Shown in pieces: positions 57,096 through 64,000 of a stretch of DNA of 64,000 nt. The DNA lies in contig OZ024752.1 in assembly GCA_964016885.1 (NCBI GenBank), positions 28,024,001-28,088,000 of the forward strand, given 5' to 3'. The position numbers were made by a program, and so were the translations under genes. Positions within the stretch are counted from its first letter, which is position 1. Every line of letters begins with the position of its first letter. The notes under the pieces were generated by a model, which did no database searches, had not been told where the DNA came from, and saw only the letters and a list, made by a program, of their open reading frames with translations. Source of the DNA: Eledone cirrhosa (taxonomy: Eukaryota).

Positions 57096-57473
57096 CATAT
57101 GTATTTATATATCTATATATATATGTATTTATATACATGTATATATAAATAATGTATATATGTATATATATATATATATGTATGTATATATATATAAATA
57201 TAAGTATATATATATATATATAAATATGTGTGTATATATATGTATGTATATATATATATATAAATATATGTATATATATATATACAAATATATGCATATA
57301 TATATATAAATATATGTATATATATATGTATATAAATATTTGTATATATATATGCAATTTATATGTATGTATATATATATATGTATATAAATATATGTAT
57401 GCATATATATAAATATATGTATGTATATATATATAAATATATGTATATATATATATATAAATATATGTATGTT

Positions 57474-57559
<86 letters not shown>

Positions 57560-57686
57560 AACATATGTATATATATATATATAAATATATGTATGTATAT
57601 ATATATATATAAATATATAAATATATGTATGTATATATACATATATAAATATATAAATATATGTATATATATATATATATATATAT

Positions 57687-58590
57687 AGCGGCGATGAATT
57701 AGTTTTGCGAGGTTTTTTATATGAAATCGTGTGTCGAAACAAATATTGTTATACTTGGGGAGGGTCATATTTGTGTAATATCGCCAGAATTAATAACAGA
57801 ACACACTCACTGTTTGGTTGGTTTTCGCTTCTCGCTGTCTTTTATATCGGTAATCTAACTTACACGGTCCTCAATGTTGTCATTGACTGACCGACGGTCA
57901 AAAATAATACAGATACAATATAGACACAAACACATATATATAGCTTATCATAAATCTTTCGTTGCACACCTGCAACATCGTCAATGGTGTTATATTTTCC
58001 TCCTGTTGTGTTGTATGTCTACGCCATTTTTTATTCAGTCTGTCTATATATTTATTTATTTATTTGCTTGTTTGTTTATTTTATTTTGTCTTCTTTGCGC
58101 ATGCGTTTGCGTGTGTGTATAGTGTTATGTTTGCTGTGTGATGGGTGACTAGTGTGTGTTTACGTGCTTGTTGTTATTGTGCTTGTGTATGTATTTATTT
58201 ATCTTATTTTATTTACTTATTTATACTTCTCTTAGGTCAGTGTTGTTTGTTTGGGTGTTGTTATTCCATTCATTCTTTCTGTTTAGCTTTGGTCTTCTAA
58301 TTTCTATTTCACTGGCCTCTCTGATTTGCCTATCTGCTAGGTCATTTGTATGTTTAGATATTATTCTAATTTCTATGTTGTCTATGTTACCGTCATGTTG
58401 TTGTCTAGCATGTTCGTATAGTACTGACCCGTTTTTTCGTCCTTTTAGTTCCCCCCAGTGTTGGTCTATCCTTTCACCTATGCTACGAGCTGTCTCACCT
58501 ATGTATGTTGTTGTCATGTTTCTGCAGTGTGTTCTGTTATTAATTCTGGCCATATTACACAAATATGACCCTCCCCAAGTATAACAATAT
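57687..58590 (-). mobile_element. 5'-truncated PLE (GIY-YIG C-terminus plus pseudo-LTR plus inverted arm), sister family of the 16474 element
   Basis: [19 protein letters not shown]...[11 protein letters not shown]...[22 protein letters not shown]; shared terminus atgaccctccccaagtataac; hammerhead-like motif with TTGACGA core at 57946-57989. Confidence 0.88.
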
Positions 58591-58888
58591 ACATATATAA
58601 ATATATGTATATATATATATATATATAAATATATGTATATATATATATAAATATATGTATATATATATATATATATAAATATATGTATATATATATATAC
58701 AAATATATGCATATATATATATAAATATATGTATATATATATGTATATAAATATTTGTATATATATATGCAATTTATATGTATGTATATATATATATGTA
58801 TATAAATATATGTATGCATATATATAAATATATGTATGTATATATATATAAATATATGTATATATATATATATAAATATATGTATGTT

Positions 58889-58985
<97 letters not shown>

Positions 58986-59117
58986 ATATAAACATATGTA
59001 TATATATATATATAAATATATGTATGTATATTTATATATATAAATATATAAATATATGTATGTATATATACATATATAAATATATAAATATATGTATATA
59101 TATATATATATATATAT

Positions 59118-60021
59118 AGCGGCGATGAATTAGTTTTGCGAGGTTTTTTATATGAAATCGTGTGTCGAAACAAATATTGTTATACTTGGGGAGGGTCATA
59201 TTTGTGTAATATCGCCAGAATTAATAACAGAACACACTCACTGTTTGGTTGGTTTTCGCTTCTCGCTGTCTTTTATATCGGTAATCTAACTTACACGGTC
59301 CTCAATGTTGTCATTGACTGACCGACGGTCAAAAATAATACAGATACAATATAGACACAAACACATATATATAGCTTATCATAAATCTTTCGTTGCACAC
59401 CTGCAACATCGTCAATGGTGTTATATTTTCCTCCTGTTGTGTTGTATGTCTACGCCATTTTTTATTCAGTCTGTCTATATATTTATTTATTTATTTGCTT
59501 GTTTGTTTATTTTATTTTGTCTTCTTTGCGCATGCGTTTGCGTGTGTGTATAGTGTTATGTTTGCTGTGTGATGGGTGACTAGTGTGTGTTTACGTGCTT
59601 GTTGTTATTGTGCTTGTGTATGTATTTATTTATCTTATTTTATTTACTTATTTATACTTCTCTTAGGTCAGTGTTGTTTGTTTGGGTGTTGTTATTCCAT
59701 TCATTCTTTCTGTTTAGCTTTGGTCTTCTAATTTCTATTTCACTGGCCTCTCTGATTTGCCTATCTGCTGAGTCATTTCTATGTTTAGATATTATTCTAA
59801 TTTCTATGTTGTCTATGTTACCGTCATGTTGTTGTCTAGCATGTTCGTATAGTACTGACCCGTTTTTTCGTCCTTTTAGTTCCCCCCAGTGTTGGTCTAT
59901 CCTTTCACCTATGCTACGAGCTGTCTCACCTATGTATGTTGTTGTCATGTTTCTGCAGTGTGTTCTGTTATTAATTCTGGCCATATTACACAAATATGAC
60001 CCTCCCCAAGTATAACAATAT
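59118..60021 (-). mobile_element. Tandem duplicate of the 57687 PLE (offset 1431 nt)
   Basis: ORF pairs 57705/59136, 57874/59305 and 58156/59587. Confidence 0.88.
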
Positions 60022-60108
60022 ACATATATAAATATATGTATATATATATATATATAAATATATGTATATATATATATATATAAATATATGTATATATATA
60101 TATATATA

Positions 60109-60189
<81 letters not shown>

Positions 60190-60192
<3 letters not shown>

Positions 60193-60461
60193 AACAAAAG
60201 ATGGTTAAAAGAGTTCCATGTATTTTATTATGCGCATTTCAAAAACAAATATCATCATGCAATAATATTTGTGTTTTCATCAGATAAAATAGGAAGACAT
60301 GATATGAAGACATAATTTGAAATGCGCATAATAAAATACATGGAACTCTTTTAACCATCTTTTGTTCTTATATATTATGTCTACTCCAGTCCTACAAACT
60401 GTAGAGTGCTTCTTATCCGATATCTGCATTGCTTTATTGTACTACAATAAAACTCACCTCC

Positions 60462-60462
<1 letters not shown>
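60190..60462 (+). mobile_element. Fold-back PLE terminus (arms about 60190-60243 and 60316-60371); related pieces at 38650-38850
   Basis: Inverted repeat plus tail in (TA)n. Confidence 0.8.
60221..60291 (-). ncRNA. Minimal hammerhead ribozyme
   Basis: tattttat CTGATGA aaacacaaatatt attgcatgat gatatttgttttt GAAA tgcgca TA ataaaata; palindromic TGCGCA helix III. Confidence 0.8.
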
Positions 60463-60501
<39 letters not shown>

Positions 60502-60507
60502 AATATG

Positions 60508-60597
<90 letters not shown>

Positions 60598-60970
60598 TGT
60601 GAAAAAGTGAATATAAAATGAAAGTGCTTTTTTAAAAAGGAATGTATTAGGTATTGACATTACTTTCTGTAACAGACGGAATATGTATCGCTGCTTGCGT
60701 AATCATACAATGTTAGCAAGTATTCGATATACATTTGCTATCGAATACTTACTAACATTATATGATTACGCAAGCAGCGATACATACGTATTCCGTCTGT
60801 TACAGAAACATATAATAAATTCCTTTTTAAAAAAGCACTTTTATTTTATATTCATCTTTTCGACATTTTCTCCGGAATATAATTTATACTCGTTGAGTAA
60901 ACCTATACGTACGCTGTTCATCTCTAACGTGACGATATATTATCACTACATTATTGATAACCTGAAATTA
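60598..60970. mobile_element. Fold-back element (arms about 60600-60728 and 60739-60860)
   Basis: tttctgtaacagacggaat...tattcgata / tatcgaata...ttccgtctgttacagaaa plus outer arms. Confidence 0.78.
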
Positions 60971-61046
60971 TATATATATGTATATATATGTGTATATATA
61001 TATATAAATATATGTATATATATATATATGTATGTATATATATATG

Positions 61047-61188
<142 letters not shown>

Positions 61189-61306
61189 CATATATTTATA
61201 TATATATAAATATATATAAAAAATATATGTATATATATATATTGTTTAACTCTTTAATATATATATATATATGAAAAATGTAATTTTCTACACAAAACGA
61301 AGGTTA

Positions 61307-61828
61307 TAGAGAAAATTGAGGTTGGTAATGGCACATGGAATATATAAGAGACAGAATACTTTTTTGTGAAAAAAGATAATTTTATAAGGTAAGGAAATAA
61401 TAAAGGGTATAAAAAATGACCGGTTTCGATGGGTCTGCAAAAGCCATCTTTTCAAATGTTGATTAATATTAAGAAAAATTAATAATACGAAGAGTTAAAA
61501 TTTGAGATTTGAAAATTCAAGTATAAAATTCATTGTGGGATTTCATAGCAGTTTTCATCTAGGTAGCAACAACAGGTTGACTGCTGTGTCCCTTTCTGGT
61601 AGTGAATGAGAAGTTATTTGGGGTGTGGGTTATTTTATAAAGGTCAGATTTAGCAATCGCCAACTGGCCAGCTGCTGGTCAGTGAGGGGGTGGAAGCAAT
61701 ATGCATACACATATCTTCCTGTGGTGGGTAGGAGAGTGGAGCGTGATAGAAAAGGATTTAGTGCACTTACACCTATATATACACACATACCTTCATCCAC
61801 ACATACATACATATACATATACATATAC

Positions 61829-61860
<32 letters not shown>

Positions 61861-61925
61861 CACACATACATACACACACACATACATATACATACACACA
61901 TACACACACACACATATATACACAT

Positions 61926-61976
<51 letters not shown>

Positions 61977-62603
61977 TATATATACATACACATACATCCA
62001 GATACACACATACATACACACACACACACACACATATATATATACACATATATATATACACACACACACACACACCCACACATACATACACACACACACA
62101 CATATATATACATACACACATACAAACATACACACACACACACATATATATACACATACACAGACATATATATACACACACACACACACGCATATATATA
62201 TATATATACACATACGCATACATCCAGATACACACATACATGCACACACACATTGCTAAATCTGACCTTTATAAAATAACCCACACCCCAAATAACTTCT
62301 CATTCACTACCAGAAAGGGACACAGCAGTCCACCTGTTGTTGCTACCTAGATGAAAACTGCTATGAAATCCCACAATGAATTTTATACTTGAATTTTCAA
62401 ATCTCAAATTTTAACTCTTCGTATTATTAATTTTTCTTAATATTAATCAACATTTGAAAAGATGGCTTTTACAGACCCATCGAAACCGGTCATTTTTTAT
62501 ACCCTTTATTATTTCCTTACCTTATAAAATTATGTTTTTTCACAAAAAAGTATTCTGTCTCTTATATATTCCATGTGCCATTACCAACCTCAATTTTCTC
62601 TCT
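61307..62603. mobile_element. ~350-nt inverted repeat (61307-61655 / 62254-62603) with decayed hammerhead at 62449-62496
   Basis: Near-perfect arms; aacat TTGAAAA gatgg...ccatc GAAA ccgg TC atttt. Confidence 0.82.
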
Positions 62604-62605
62604 CG

Positions 62606-62661
<56 letters not shown>

Positions 62662-62689
62662 TTATATATATGTAGAAGATTTTCTTAAT

Positions 62690-62867
62690 CATTGGCAGTA
62701 TCGGTAGAGCGTCGAACAACATGCTTTGCAGCATAGAGTTACGGCCCTTTACGGATTGATCCCGTCGGGGTTAACTTTCCCTTTCATCCTTACGGGGTCG
62801 ATAAAATAAAGTACCAGTAATGTAATAGGAAAATTGCTGGCCTTGTGCTAAAAATAGTAACAATTGT
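62690..62867 (+). mobile_element. tRNA-derived SINE
   Basis: 10550 family. Confidence 0.82.
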
Positions 62868-63462
62868 AATTATTATACCTTCTAATATAATTCCAAGTCA
62901 GCCAGTAGTAAAGTGTGGTCCCGTACGATATCGTTTCCAGTGAAATCTGTAGATATTGTTTTAGATATATGTATTAAGATTAAAGATTTTCAAATAAAAT
63001 TGAAAGATTCTCATATAACACGGATAAAAAAGAAAACGAATCATAGTCAATGTCTCGTTTTGATTAATTTCAAACTATCTAATTGTTTACCACACTGTTG
63101 GATATTGGAGACATATCTCATTTATAACTAGCTCTAATATTATTTCTACAGGAAGAATGTAATATTAAGCAACTGTATTGGATGCGACGTTAGTTAAAAC
63201 AATATTACACTCATACAATGAGAAAATGTATGAACTTCTTTTTACACAAACTCCCTTATCTTACTGGTATTTATAATATTATTATCGACTCCACGTGAAG
63301 ATTTGTCAGTCCTATTCCTTATTTTAAAACTACTATGCGTTATTAAACAGTAATATTATTGGAAGCGACAATATTTAAAATCAGTACAACACTCATTATT
63401 AGGGGCATCACACAGGGTCGCTTATTCTACCGCATGTTCCTCGTTATACATCAATAATGATT

Positions 63463-63673
63463 CTAGTATAAGCACAAGGCCAGAAATTTAGGAGGAGGGG
63501 AAAGTCGATTAAATCAACCCCAGTACGTTACTGGTGCTATATTTTATCGACCCCGTAAGGATGAAAGGCAAAGTTAACCTCAGCGGCATTTGAACTCATA
63601 CCGTAAAGGGCCGTAACTCTATGCTGCAAAGCATGGTGTCCGACTCTCTACCGATAATATCAATCCACCGCCC
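63463..63673 (-). mobile_element. tRNA-derived SINE with probable target-site duplication (tacatcaataatg)
   Basis: 10550 family; tacatcaataatg occurs at about 63447 and 63677. Confidence 0.85.
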
Positions 63674-64000
63674 TTGTACATCAATAATGCAATATCATTA
63701 GACTTATCCTATCCTATCCTGGGGTATGATAGAATGGGACACCCGATGTCTTTTAGGAGTTTCGGTTGTGCAGGACGTAGAAAACAAAAGGTGCTACGTT
63801 ATGTGTTCTGCAGTATCTATCTAACGTAATCGATTATTAGCCTGTCACTATTGTGATACAATTTCAAATGTCTGCTTTATTAGCGTTCGCTCCTGTTCAC
63901 ATCCGACATCATGCTATCAATGTCTTCGCACGTAACCCTCGAAAGGATGGCTTCCGGGTGCTAGGACTTGCTAGAAGTCCACCCGTATTAGACTTAATTA

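Noticed and set aside
63700-64000. Possible LINE 3' end with a (ATCCT)n tail at the window edge
   Set aside because: No recognisable protein motif and truncated by the window; left unclassified.

Overview
AT-rich, intron-containing, microsatellite-dense animal DNA, most likely from an octopod cephalopod (inferred from the genes and SINEs). It holds two tandem, + strand, six-exon S-crystallin (sigma-GST-derived lens crystallin) genes that the ORF track largely misses: 2783-14526 and 37811-53370. Both encode 215 aa, differ at 14 residues by hand translation, and include a 30-nt microexon for the variable loop. The rest is mostly retroelement DNA nested in (TA)n and (TACA)n tracts. This includes several Penelope-like element (PLE) families (one near-full-length RT plus GIY-YIG copy at about 16474-20352), R4/Dong-like, RTE-like and CRE-like LINE remnants, tRNA-derived SINEs and a TACA-flanked non-coding repeat. 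Reading both strands reveals about 18 intact or decayed minimal type-I hammerhead ribozymes from about 9 sequence families, two of them with roughly 80-nt helix II insertions. It also shows a recurring insertion architecture: two oppositely oriented copies of an element's 3' end, one stopping at an internal TA-like site and the other at a distal tail end, fused head-to-head inside (TA)n, often with short reiterated repeats at the junction. The IYIY/CVCV/THTH ORFs are microsatellite artefacts. All coordinates and alignments were read by eye; repeat boundaries are approximate and no database searches were run.
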